Positions 9,723-18,900 of a stretch of 64,000 nucleotides of DNA are shown one piece after another (the stretch's first letter is position 1; every line of letters begins with the position of its first letter). The DNA is taken from assembly GCA_013180605.1 (NCBI GenBank), contig QBUL01000189.1, positions 2,483 through 66,482 of the forward strand, in the 5' to 3' direction. The notes under the pieces were generated by a model. That model was not told the DNA's origin. It saw only the letters and a list, made by a program, of their open reading frames with translations, and did no database searches. Source of the stretch: Candidatus Methanophagaceae archaeon GoMg1 (GTDB lineage: Archaea > Halobacteriota > Syntropharchaeia > Alkanophagales > Methanospirareceae). Made by a program: the position numbers and the translations under genes.

Positions 9723-10418
9723 GTGAAACGTAAAGTAATATTAAAATTAGGTGGCAGTCTGATAGAAAAATCACGGGACATCCTGCGGGTTCTTGTAGAT
9801 TATGCCCGTGAGCGTGATGGAGATAAAAATGGAGATTTCACCCTGGTACTGATTCCCGGTGGTGGACCTTTTGCTGAAACGGTAAGAAATATCTCTGCGA
9901 CTATGTCAATACCCGATGAAACAGCACATTGGATGGCTGTTCTCGCAATGCACCAGTATGGGCTTTTTTTGGCTGCTTGTAGCGGAGGTGAAGCCGGGAT
10001 ACCTTTGGTCGAAAGCGAGGATGAGGATGAAATAGACTGTGCTGGACCGATATGCATATTACTGCCCTATAAGATTCTAGAACAGGATGATTGCTTACCT
10101 CATACCTGGGACGTCACGTCGGACACGATAGCTGCGTTTGTCGCAAACAGGCTGGGTGAAAAAAGATTCATAAAATTGACCGATGTAGATGGAATACGTG
10201 ATAAAAAGAGCGGGCATCTTATCGAAAAAATCCGGGCGAACGAGCTGGCGGGGGAACAGGCAGCTGGTCTGAATTGTATTGATGCGGAGCTTCCAGGATT
10301 TTTAATGCAGACCAAAATGAGCTGCATTATTGTAAACGGCAACTACCCAAACAGGATAATAGATGCAATCGAGGAGAAAGAGAACGTGAACAAGACGGTC
10401 TGCACAAAAATCTTTTAG
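9723..10418 (+). CDS. Amino-acid-kinase-family protein (UMP-kinase / MfnE / isopentenyl-phosphate-kinase-like). GTG start. Exact substrate not assignable.
   Basis: 'VILKLGGSLI' phosphate loop, 'LIPGGGPFAE', and 'HTWDVTSDTIAAFVANRLGEKRFIKLTDVDGI' resemble the archaeal UMPK/IPK fold. There is no ProB-type 'VSSGA' motif. Confidence 0.65.
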   Translation: MKRKVILKLGGSLIEKSRDILRVLVDYARERDGDKNGDFTLVLIPGGGPFAETVRNISATMSIPDETAHWMAVLAMHQYGLFLAACSGGEAGIPLVESEDEDEIDCAGPICILLPYKILEQDDCLPHTWDVTSDTIAAFVANRLGEKRFIKLTDVDGIRDKKSGHLIEKIRANELAGEQAAGLNCIDAELPGFLMQTKMSCIIVNGNYPNRIIDAIEEKENVNKTVCTKIF

Positions 10419-11335
10419 AGTGCAGATGTCGCAGAAGCTTTCTTTCTACGAGAACGCGGACGTGGTCGTGGGGAAAGAGAATCCACATCCAAGTCTAACC
10501 CTTTTTCCAGTTCCTTATACCTATTTCGGATTGTAATCTCCGTTGTACCTACTACCTTGGCTATTTCCTTCTCCGTTCGGTACTCGCCACTTAAAACCGC
10601 GGCAATGTATATCGCCGCTGCTGCTGTTCCTATTGGTGCCCAGCCCCTCGCAGTTCCCGTTCCCTCATTCCTCTTTAGTATCTCTATTGCCTTTTCCCTT
10701 ATCGCCTCGCTTAATCCTAATGCGGAGCAGAACCGAGGAATGTAATGCGATGGGTCAGCAGGGGCAATCTTCAATCCGAATTTCCTTAAAAGGAAAATAT
10801 ACGCACGCCTTATTTTCTTCAGGGGGCTTCTTGACACCCGCGCAATTTCCTTCAGCGTTCGTGGAATCCCATTTTGCCTGCAAATAATGTACAGCATTGC
10901 TGAGACCAATTCTTCTATACTGCGTCCCTTAATCAAATTTCGTTTCGCCGCTTTTCGGTACAGCACAGAAGTCATCTCTTTAATATCATTCGGCAGCTTA
11001 AGTGCGCATGCCATTCTATCTATCTCGATAAGTGCGAAGGCAAGGGTCTTCTCGCTACTGTCCATGTTTACCCACTTTAATCTCTGTATCCCGGCGGGTA
11101 ATTTTGGCGTTGGTGTGCTCAGCCCTTTATCATGAATTCTATAACTCATACCCGGACCTGTTCTTACCCTTTTTGATGCTTGCTCGGAATCGTACGCACG
11201 CCATTCTGGTCCGAGGTCCACGAGATTCTCCGCTATCACCATCCCGCAGTTGGCACAGTACAGTTCTGCATGCTTAGAATCAGACACAACGTTTTTTGAT
11301 CCGCATTCTGGACATATTTTTAGTTTGTTTGCCAT
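10415..11335 (-). CDS. tfb: Transcription initiation factor IIB (TFB)
   Basis: N-terminal Zn ribbon 'CPECGSKNVVSDSKHAELYCANCGMV' and two cyclin folds. Start placed at MANKLK (the six-frame ORF reads through upstream). It has an unusual Arg/Pro-rich C-terminal tail 'SPRPRPRSRRKKASATSAL'. Confidence 0.9.
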   Translation of the reverse strand: MANKLKICPECGSKNVVSDSKHAELYCANCGMVIAENLVDLGPEWRAYDSEQASKRVRTGPGMSYRIHDKGLSTPTPKLPAGIQRLKWVNMDSSEKTLAFALIEIDRMACALKLPNDIKEMTSVLYRKAAKRNLIKGRSIEELVSAMLYIICRQNGIPRTLKEIARVSRSPLKKIRRAYIFLLRKFGLKIAPADPSHYIPRFCSALGLSEAIREKAIEILKRNEGTGTARGWAPIGTAAAAIYIAAVLSGEYRTEKEIAKVVGTTEITIRNRYKELEKGLDLDVDSLSPRPRPRSRRKKASATSAL

Positions 11336-11379
11336 ACCAGAGATGTTTATATTTTTTCTGTTATATAATACTTTCGTTT

Positions 11380-11430
11380 TTATTGTATATAAAGTGTAAC
11401 TTCCCTCTGTTTGAGACACGGATTTTTTCT
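11380..11430 (-). promoter_or_regulatory. tfb promoter carrying the same extended motif, TCTCAAACAGAGGGAAGTTACACTTTATATACAAT (on the minus strand)
   Basis: Reverse complement of 11388-11425 matches the cassette's 3' motif. Confidence 0.6.
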
Positions 11431-11526
11431 TTTGTTCTTGAGACCGAAAACTTTTTATATTGCCTCGACATATTTTAAAAGCATGACAAAAGTTAGCGAA
11501 AGGGATATTAAAAAAAAAGGAGGTGA

Positions 11527-11850
11527 TTGAAAATGGTAGAAGAAAAACAGGGGGGATTGAAACAGTTGTTTGTTTACGAACATGATGCAAGTCGGCTGGA
11601 ACTTTTCATCAGAATCGTGTATTCGTTCGTTGTAATGCTGGTGTTAGCTGTGTACGGATTTATCGCAGAGATATGCATGCTTATTCAGTGGTTTGTGGTA
11701 TTGATACTTGGACGCAGAAGCGAGGGGTTAAGCAACTTCATTAAAGGGTATCTGGAATATTTTGTGCACGTGATAGGCTATGTTTACTGGATGACCGACG
11801 ATAGACCCGGAATATTCCCAAAGCCTGTTGAGATATACGAGAAAAAGTGA
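11527..11850 (+). CDS. Small membrane protein, DUF4389-like
   Basis: Two TM helices and a 'WMTDDRPGIFP' tail typical of that family (from memory). Confidence 0.4.
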   Translation: MKMVEEKQGGLKQLFVYEHDASRLELFIRIVYSFVVMLVLAVYGFIAEICMLIQWFVVLILGRRSEGLSNFIKGYLEYFVHVIGYVYWMTDDRPGIFPKPVEIYEKK

Positions 11851-12000
11851 ACGAGGTATTCATCAATAAATCGGTGAATACCCGTAATAACCTTTTTCTT
11901 TTTTTTTCTTTTTATACTTTATTCATGACATAATTTCAATTTGAGGATATCTATAACTTTACATATAGGTGATAGAATACTTACACAATAAAAAAATAAA

Positions 12001-12990
12001 ATGAGAACTGCGTGGCTGAAGATAAGGATGGGGATGTGTGTATTGCTCCTGTTTGCGGTGATATATGCGCTATTAATCGTTATAGCTACCCTCTTAGGAG
12101 GTACAGGGTCTGGTATGATGATAATTTATGCTTTAATCGCATTCGTGCTGGTGGGTATTCAGTTCTTTATAGGTCCGAAGATAGTGGAGCGGTCAATGCG
12201 TGTTCGCTATGTTTCGGAACAAGAGCAGCCGGAATTGCACCGGATGGTGACCGAATTAGCGATGAAGGCAGGGATACCCAAACCAAGGGTAGGGATTTCT
12301 GAGATTTCTATACCCAACGCTTTTGCGTTCGGCACCTCGAAAAAGAAAGCGAGGGTTTGCGTCACGCGAAGATTAATGGAGATGTTAAGCAGGGACGAAT
12401 TAGAAGCGGTTTTAGGGCATGAACTTTCGCACATAAAACATCAAGATATGGTAGTTATAACGGCGCTGAGCGTGATACCGATGATATGCTACTTCATCTA
12501 TTTCAGCTTCTTCTGGTCGGGTATCTTCGGCGGCGGCATGGGCAGAAGTAGAGATGGAGCGTTACCAATGATGGCTATTGCTTTAATCGCCTTCGTGGTG
12601 TATTTCATAAGTAACCTTATCGTGCTTTACGTGTCTCGTATAAGGGAGTATTATGCGGATGCAGGAAGTGCAGAGCTAACGAGAAAGCCTCATGAACTCG
12701 CTTCTGCGCTATACAAAATGATTTATGGTAGTGCAGGAGCGAAGCCGGAAAAGGTAAAAAAGGAAATGGAAAGTATGCGAGCTTTCTTCGCTGCCGACCC
12801 TGTAACTGCAAGGAGGGATTTAAAGGATTTGCGCGCTGCCGATTTAAATAAAGATGGAAAGATAGATGAATATGAACTAAGAGCTTTTGCAGAAAGGGCA
12901 AGAGTAAGCCGTGCTGATAGGTTGATGGAAATCTTTTCCACGCATCCTACCCCGGTTAGCAGGGTTAAAAAGCTGGGAGAGTATCTTTAA
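12001..12990 (+). CDS. htpX: M48-family zinc metalloprotease HtpX homolog with an inserted EF-hand-like loop
   Basis: 'HELSHIKHQD' (HExxH), downstream Glu and a C-terminal 'FSTHPTPVSRVKKL' motif. Canonical EF-hand loop 'DLNKDGKIDEYE' at aa ~281-292. Confidence 0.8.
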   Translation: MRTAWLKIRMGMCVLLLFAVIYALLIVIATLLGGTGSGMMIIYALIAFVLVGIQFFIGPKIVERSMRVRYVSEQEQPELHRMVTELAMKAGIPKPRVGISEISIPNAFAFGTSKKKARVCVTRRLMEMLSRDELEAVLGHELSHIKHQDMVVITALSVIPMICYFIYFSFFWSGIFGGGMGRSRDGALPMMAIALIAFVVYFISNLIVLYVSRIREYYADAGSAELTRKPHELASALYKMIYGSAGAKPEKVKKEMESMRAFFAADPVTARRDLKDLRAADLNKDGKIDEYELRAFAERARVSRADRLMEIFSTHPTPVSRVKKLGEYL

Positions 12991-13145
12991 GATAGCGGTT
13001 TGGCGGTTTAGACGGTTAGCGGATTGCTCAAAAGCCCTGAAACCTAAAACCGGACACCTGTTTGGTCTGTGTTAATTAAGCCCTTTCGGGGCTTGCGGGA
13101 ATGTGGGCAGAGCTCCCTTAGCGTTCATCCGTGTCAACAATTTAT
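12991..13145 (+). repeat. Composite of three repeat families: internal fragment of the MITE-like element, inverted hairpin module (13062-13110), inverted start of the CAGATTAAC cassette (13110-13145)
   Basis: 'gcggtttggcggtttagacgg' matches 18945-18975. 13062-13110 is the reverse complement of 1676-1725. 13113-13142 is the reverse complement of 'aaataaattgttgacac(a/g)gat'. Confidence 0.7.
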
Positions 13146-13684
13146 TTTCTATTTTCTCGTAGCTTCACACAACCATTTGCCACCTTTATCACCACCTCTA
13201 TATCCCTCTCGCTCCACCTTGAAGAATCTATCACCATGTCGTAAATGGAAAGGTCGTCCAAATCTATTCCATAATATTGCTCGTATCGCTTATTTTCTGA
13301 GCGTTCTCGGTTGTTCATAGCAGAAAGAGCTTCTTCGTAGGCTATTGCTTCCCGATGCGCAATTCGCTTCGCTCTTACTTCTACCGGTGCTTTTAGCCAT
13401 ATCTTTAGGTCTGCGTCAGGAACAGAGAATCCGGACAACCTGCCTTCTACAATGACATTCTCCCGCTTCATCGCCTCTTCTCCCTGCCGCTCATCTATTT
13501 GTCTATCGAAATCGTCATCGGTTTCTGCCAATTTGTTAAAATGCTCTAACTGCAGTTTCTTTTCCTTCGCTATTTGCCTAAATAGCTCGCCCGCGGAAAT
13601 TAGCTCTACTGATAATTCTTCTGATAGCAACTTCGCAACCGTTGTTGTGCCACTGCCCGGAAGACCACTTATTGTTATTCGCAT
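13142..13684 (-). CDS. cmk: Archaeal-type cytidylate (CMP) kinase
   Basis: 'MRITISGLPGSGTTTVAKLL' P-loop. About 180 aa, collinear with the archaeal cmk family. Confidence 0.75.
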   Translation of the reverse strand: MRITISGLPGSGTTTVAKLLSEELSVELISAGELFRQIAKEKKLQLEHFNKLAETDDDFDRQIDERQGEEAMKRENVIVEGRLSGFSVPDADLKIWLKAPVEVRAKRIAHREAIAYEEALSAMNNRERSENKRYEQYYGIDLDDLSIYDMVIDSSRWSERDIEVVIKVANGCVKLRENRK

Positions 13685-13765
13685 AAACTTTTTCTTATTT
13701 ACTTTACGATATACTAATTATGTATTTACCCAAATATTTTTGTGTTAGCAGAACGAACGGAAATA

Positions 13766-13880
13766 AATTGTTGACACAGATTAACGCAGATTAACACAGA
13801 TGATAAGAATCAACACGGTTAAACTAAAATAAATCTGCGTAAATCTGTGTCTCAAATAGAAGGAAGCTATACTTTATATA
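13766..13880 (+). promoter_or_regulatory. CAGATTAAC cassette, followed by a TCAAATAGAAGGAAGCTATACTTTATATA promoter motif
   Basis: Near-identical to 9586-9720. Confidence 0.8.
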
Positions 13881-13882
13881 CA

Positions 13883-15142
13883 ATGAAAAAGGGGCACATA
13901 TCAAAAATGACGAATAACACGATATATATCATTGACGTCACAAACAGAGACGGTGTGCAGACATCGAAATTGGGCTTAGCGAAGTTAGAGAAGACCATGC
14001 TGAACCTTTACCTGGATGAGATGGGTGTCTTCATGAGCGAGTTCGGTTTCCCAGTCACGAGGCACGAGACGAACTATTTGAATGCCAATCTGGCGTTAGC
14101 AGAGATAGGTGCTCTGAAACGCATACGACTTAGCGGGTGGTTGAGAGCAATAAAGGGGGATGTCGAAGAAGCTTTTCGATTGGTGCCGAAACTGAAGCAC
14201 GTTAATTTGAGTATATCAACATCTAAACAGATGATAGAGGGCAAATTCAGGGGAAAATTCGGCTGGAAGGACATAATAAGAGAGATGTGCGAGGCAGTTG
14301 ATGCAGCGAGGGAACACGGTGCAGAGACTATTGGAGTCAACGCAGAAGACGCTTCGAGGACAGAACTCGAACGGCTGATAGAATTTGCCGAAGCTGCAAA
14401 ACAGCATGGTGCAGACCGGATAAGATACTGCGACACGCTCGGCTATGACGACTCGTTCACCATTTACGAGCGAGTAAAAGCACTCGCAGAGGCGGTGTGT
14501 ATTCCCATCGAACTGCACTGTCACAACGATTTGGGTATGGCAGTCGCCTGCTCGATTGCGGGCGCCAAAGGAGCAATGGATGCGGGTGTTGATGCGTACA
14601 TTAACACCACGATTAATGGACTGGGCGAGCGAGCTGGTAACGCAGACCTGGTTTCGACAATACTCGCGGTAAAGAAAGCAAGTGGTTTTGAACACAAATA
14701 TCGGTTACAGGAGGTAGATTTAAGCCACGCATGGCGGATCTGCAACTACGCTTCTCTTTCTTTTAGCGTCCCTATCCCGGTCAACCAGCCTGCGGTAGGC
14801 GATAACGCCTTCGCCCATGAATCCGGGATACACGTTGATGGGACGTTAAAAGACAGTAGAAATTATGAACTGTATGACTACACAGAAGTAGGCAGAGGGC
14901 ATATCGAGCAGATTGAGACGGGTAGGCTTATAACAACGGGAGAATATTCGGGAATAAAGGGGTTCAAGAACGTGGCAGGTAAATACGAGTTGGAATTCCG
15001 AGATGACAAAGAAGCTCGTGAAATACTAGAACTCGTGAGGTATGCGAACGTCCACACACAGAAGCCTGTGACGGAGGACGAAATGAAGTTCATTGCAAAA
15101 TACCCGCAGCAGGCAAGAAAGATTATGTCGGTGCAACCATAA
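13883..15142 (+). CDS. LeuA/NifV-family acyl-CoA:2-oxoacid condensing enzyme; candidate Re-citrate synthase given the aconitase + IDH genes immediately downstream
   Basis: 'DVTNRDGVQT' and 'HCHNDLGMAVA' HMGL-like motifs. Start ambiguous: 13847, 13883 or 13907, depending on which TATA-like octamer is used. Confidence 0.7.
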   Translation: MKKGHISKMTNNTIYIIDVTNRDGVQTSKLGLAKLEKTMLNLYLDEMGVFMSEFGFPVTRHETNYLNANLALAEIGALKRIRLSGWLRAIKGDVEEAFRLVPKLKHVNLSISTSKQMIEGKFRGKFGWKDIIREMCEAVDAAREHGAETIGVNAEDASRTELERLIEFAEAAKQHGADRIRYCDTLGYDDSFTIYERVKALAEAVCIPIELHCHNDLGMAVACSIAGAKGAMDAGVDAYINTTINGLGERAGNADLVSTILAVKKASGFEHKYRLQEVDLSHAWRICNYASLSFSVPIPVNQPAVGDNAFAHESGIHVDGTLKDSRNYELYDYTEVGRGHIEQIETGRLITTGEYSGIKGFKNVAGKYELEFRDDKEAREILELVRYANVHTQKPVTEDEMKFIAKYPQQARKIMSVQP

Positions 15143-15321
15143 ACATAAATCTCAATGTCAAATACTACCAAATCCCAAGTAAATCCCAATTTCCAAATCC
15201 CAAAGAGAAAGGATAAATTGTGGTATATCTTTTTACAAAAGAAGGAGAAGAAAATAGAAAGGCAACAACCTTTTTATTTAAGCCCACCACTTTAATTATT
15301 GTGTAGAAAAAACAAGATAAA

Positions 15322-15534
15322 ATGAGGACTTATATCTTTAAGGTGGCAATTGAACCGGATGATGATAAGTGGGTTGCTTACTCCCTGGAACTCAAAGACA
15401 GAGGAGGAGCAACCTGGGGTGAGACCAAAGAAGAAGCATTAAATAATTTACAAGATGTAATTCGGTTAGTCATTGAAGATATGGAGGAATGCGGAGAGTT
15501 ACCCTCTTTTGAATCGGAGATTTTCTTTTCATAA
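15322..15534 (+). CDS. HicB-like (UPF0150) antitoxin-fold protein, orphan
   Basis: 'VAYSLELKDRGGATWGETKEEALNNLQDVIRLVIEDMEE' matches the HicB N-domain pattern. No HicA partner detected. Confidence 0.45.
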   Translation: MRTYIFKVAIEPDDDKWVAYSLELKDRGGATWGETKEEALNNLQDVIRLVIEDMEECGELPSFESEIFFS

Positions 15535-15690
15535 AGGAAGCCAGACTTTCAGTCCTAAAATCCTCAAAATTATGATTGAGGACCAGGCAAGATGGAGTGA
15601 AGATGATTTAAAGTGCTTAAAAATACTGAAATAAAAATAAATATCGAAAAAGTAACATATACGATTGATTTAAATTATGGAGTGATTAAT

Positions 15691-17628
15691 ATGTCTGGAA
15701 CAGTTGCAGAAAAGATAATTAACGAGCATATTGTAGATGTAGAGGGAGAAATAGTGCCTGGAGAAGAGGTTGCTTTGAAGATTGACCAGACGCTTACCCA
15801 GGATGCAACGGGTACAATGGCTTATCTGCAGTTCGAAGCTATTGGTATACCAAGGGTGAGAACAGAACTGAGCGTTAGTTATGTTGACCACAACACGCTG
15901 CAAACAGACTTCAAAAACCCTGATGACCATAGATACCTTCAATCCATAGCTAAGAGATTCGGTTTGTATTTCTCCCGCCCCGGTAATGGTATCTGTCACC
16001 AGCTCCACCTGGAAAGATTCGCCTGTCCGGGCAAGACGCTGATTGGTTCTGACAGCCACACACCTACGGCGGGTGGTATAGGTTCGTTTGCCATAGGCGC
16101 GGGTGGTCTTGACGTGGCGGTCGCCATGGCAGGTATGCCGTACAGAATAAAGTATCCAAAGATTACGGGTATAAAACTTACAGGAAAACTTCCTGATTGG
16201 GTCTCAGCTAAGGACGTCATACTGGAGGTTCTTCGCAGGATAGACGTCAAAGGCGGAAGGGGGAAGGTGCTGGAGTATTTTGGTCCCGGAGTTAAGACGC
16301 TTAGCGTACCAGAGCGAGCAACAATAACCAATATGGGCACTGAAACAGGAGCGACGACGAGCGTATTCCCGAGCGATGAAGTGACACGGAGCTTCATGGA
16401 AGCACAGGCACGTGGCGACCAATGGGTTTCGCTTGAAGCCGATGCAGATGCAGGATATGACGAAATCATAGAGATTGACCTGAGCGAAGTAGAGCCACTG
16501 GTTGCTATTCCTCACAGTCCGGGGAACGTCAAGCCGGTGAGAGAGATTGCAGGAATGGATGTGCAGCAAGTAGCGATTGGCTCGTGTACAAACTCCTCGT
16601 TACGCGACCTCAAAAAGGTGGCAAATATACTGAAAGGGCATACGATTGCGGATAACCTGCATCTTACTATAAACCCGGGTTCGAGGCAGGTGGTAGAGCA
16701 CCTCATCGAGAGCGGTGAGATGCGGTATCTCGTAGCTGCGGGTGCACGGATACTTGAAAACGCCTGCGGTCCTTGCATAGGTATGGGCGCCGCACCATCT
16801 TCGCAGGGCATATCTATACGAACGTTTAACAGGAACTTTGAGGGCAGGAGCGGAACAAAGGACGCAGAGATATTTCTTGTAAGCCCTGAAGTCGCAGCAG
16901 CTACGGCAATTAACGGTGTTCTTACAGACCCACGGGACCTCGGCGATTGCCCTCAGATAGAGATGCCTCGGCGGTTTATAATCAACGACAACATGTTTTT
17001 ACCGCCACTTCAATCAGAGCAGCATCTAGCCAATTTAGTAGAGATTATGAGGGGACCGAACATTAAGCTACTGCCGGATTTCCCGCCATTGCCTGATACG
17101 CTTAAGGGCGAAGTGCTCATTAAGGTTGGGGATAATATCACTACCGACCACATCATGCCTGCTGGAGCGAAAATCCTCCCGTTGAGGAGCAACATACAGG
17201 AGATATCGAAGTATGTTTTTGAGGCGGTTGACCCCGGTTTCCCCTCAAGGGCTCTGGACCGGGGTGGTGGATTCATAATAGGTGGTGAGAACTACGGTCA
17301 GGGCTCAAGCAGAGAACATGCCGCACTTGCACCCAAATATCTGGGCGTTAAGGCGGTAATTGTCAAGTCTTTCGCTCGCATCCATCTCGCGAACTTGATA
17401 AACTTCGGAATAGTGCCTCTGACATTTAAAGATCCAGCGGGCTACGATTCCATAGACCTGGGGGATAAGTTAGAGGTTATTATAGGAGAATTGCGGGACG
17501 ATGTCGGACTCAGGAATCTGACAAAAGGGGATGAAATCGAACTTACACACTCCCTTTCACAACTTGATGCTGAGATATTGAAGACCGGAGGTAAACTGCC
17601 CTGGGTAAAGGCAAAGGTTGGAAAATAA
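15691..17628 (+). CDS. acn: Aconitase-family hydratase (aconitate hydratase, ~650-aa single-chain type)
   Basis: 'GICHQLHLERFACPGKTLIGSDSHTPTAGG' and Fe-S ligand Cys in 'IGSCTNSS' and 'NACGPCIGMG'. Swivel domain 'GGENYGQGSSREHAALAPKYLGVKAVI'. Start set at MSGTVAEKIINEH; the ORF track begins at 15613. Confidence 0.85.
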   Translation: MSGTVAEKIINEHIVDVEGEIVPGEEVALKIDQTLTQDATGTMAYLQFEAIGIPRVRTELSVSYVDHNTLQTDFKNPDDHRYLQSIAKRFGLYFSRPGNGICHQLHLERFACPGKTLIGSDSHTPTAGGIGSFAIGAGGLDVAVAMAGMPYRIKYPKITGIKLTGKLPDWVSAKDVILEVLRRIDVKGGRGKVLEYFGPGVKTLSVPERATITNMGTETGATTSVFPSDEVTRSFMEAQARGDQWVSLEADADAGYDEIIEIDLSEVEPLVAIPHSPGNVKPVREIAGMDVQQVAIGSCTNSSLRDLKKVANILKGHTIADNLHLTINPGSRQVVEHLIESGEMRYLVAAGARILENACGPCIGMGAAPSSQGISIRTFNRNFEGRSGTKDAEIFLVSPEVAAATAINGVLTDPRDLGDCPQIEMPRRFIINDNMFLPPLQSEQHLANLVEIMRGPNIKLLPDFPPLPDTLKGEVLIKVGDNITTDHIMPAGAKILPLRSNIQEISKYVFEAVDPGFPSRALDRGGGFIIGGENYGQGSSREHAALAPKYLGVKAVIVKSFARIHLANLINFGIVPLTFKDPAGYDSIDLGDKLEVIIGELRDDVGLRNLTKGDEIELTHSLSQLDAEILKTGGKLPWVKAKVGK

Positions 17629-17637
17629 ATAGAAAAA

Positions 17638-18849
17638 ATGACAGATAAAATCCAGATGAGGACCCCATTAGTGGAAATAGACGGAGACGAGATGACAAGG
17701 GTAATGTGGAGCATGGTAAAGGAGAAACTTCTTTATCCCTACATTGACCTCAAAACCGAGTACTATGACCTTGCTCTTGAAAAGAGGGACGAGACCGAAG
17801 ACCAGATAACCATAGAGGCAGCAGAGGCGATAAAGAGGTATGGCGTGGGTGTTAAGTGCGCCACAATAACACCAAATGCAGCAAGAGTCACGGAATACAA
17901 CCTGAAGCAGCAGTGGAAGAGCCCAAATGGCACAATCAGAGCCATTCTGGATGGTACTATTTTCAGGCAGCCTATAATGGTGCGGAATGTAAAACCCGCG
18001 GTAAGAAACTGGAAAAAGCCAATAATATTGGGCAGGCATGCCTACGGCGATGTGTATAAGAATGTCGAGTACAGGATTAGCGGTCCAGGGAAGGCAGAGA
18101 TGGTGTTCACGCCCGAGAACGGTGAGGAAGTTAGGCACACAATACATGACTTCAATGGGTCTGGCATAATACAGGGGATACACAATCTTGACGGCTCAAT
18201 AAACAGCTTTGCCGACACCTGCTTCGCTTACGCTCTCGACCAGAAAGTGGACCTATGGTTCTCTACAAAGGACACCATATCCAAGACATACGACAATAAT
18301 TTTAGGGAGATATTCGAGAAGGTCTATGAAGAGAAGTACAAGGGTAAGTTCGAGGAGGTGGGAATAACATACTTCTATACGCTGATAGACGATGCCGTAG
18401 CAAGGATAATCAGGTCGGAGGGCGGCATGCTCTGGGCGTTGAAGAACTATGATGGCGATGTAATGTCGGATATGCTTGCCTCGGTTTTCGGGAGTTTAGC
18501 CATGATGACCTCGGTCCTGGTATCGCCACACGGCTACTTCGAGTATGAAGCGGCACACGGTACGGTGCAGAAGCACTACTACAAGCATCTCAAGGGCGAG
18601 AAGACATCTACTAACTCCATTGCACTCATATTCGCGTGGAGCGGTGCGTTACGAAAGCGCGGAGAACTGGACGGCATACCTGAGCTTGCAACGTTCGCAG
18701 ACAAATTAGAAGCTGCTGCTACGGGCACAATAGAAGACGGTATAATGACTGGCGACTTGGCAAAACTGGCTGAACCACCTGCGAAGCGAGTGGCGAATAC
18801 GGAAGAGTTCATGGAAGAGGTAAAGACGCGGCTCGATAATGTGCACTAA
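17638..18849 (+). CDS. icd: NADP-dependent isocitrate dehydrogenase (eukaryotic IDH1/2-like subfamily)
   Basis: '[24 protein letters not shown]' and '[21 protein letters not shown]'. Starts 10 bp after the aconitase stop. Confidence 0.9.
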   Translation: MTDKIQMRTPLVEIDGDEMTRVMWSMVKEKLLYPYIDLKTEYYDLALEKRDETEDQITIEAAEAIKRYGVGVKCATITPNAARVTEYNLKQQWKSPNGTIRAILDGTIFRQPIMVRNVKPAVRNWKKPIILGRHAYGDVYKNVEYRISGPGKAEMVFTPENGEEVRHTIHDFNGSGIIQGIHNLDGSINSFADTCFAYALDQKVDLWFSTKDTISKTYDNNFREIFEKVYEEKYKGKFEEVGITYFYTLIDDAVARIIRSEGGMLWALKNYDGDVMSDMLASVFGSLAMMTSVLVSPHGYFEYEAAHGTVQKHYYKHLKGEKTSTNSIALIFAWSGALRKRGELDGIPELATFADKLEAAATGTIEDGIMTGDLAKLAEPPAKRVANTEEFMEEVKTRLDNVH

Positions 18850-18900
18850 AATATAGTCATTCCGAAAATTATTAACCACAGATTACACAGATTTATTTAA

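Noticed and set aside
9723-10418. Calling the kinase gene proB (glutamate 5-kinase) to complete a proA/proB pair
   Set aside because: It is tempting given the shared cassette with proA. But the protein has a GGG loop ('LIPGGGPFAE') and UMPK/IPK-like C-terminal motifs, not the ProB 'VSSGA' signature or a PUA domain. I left it as a family-level call.
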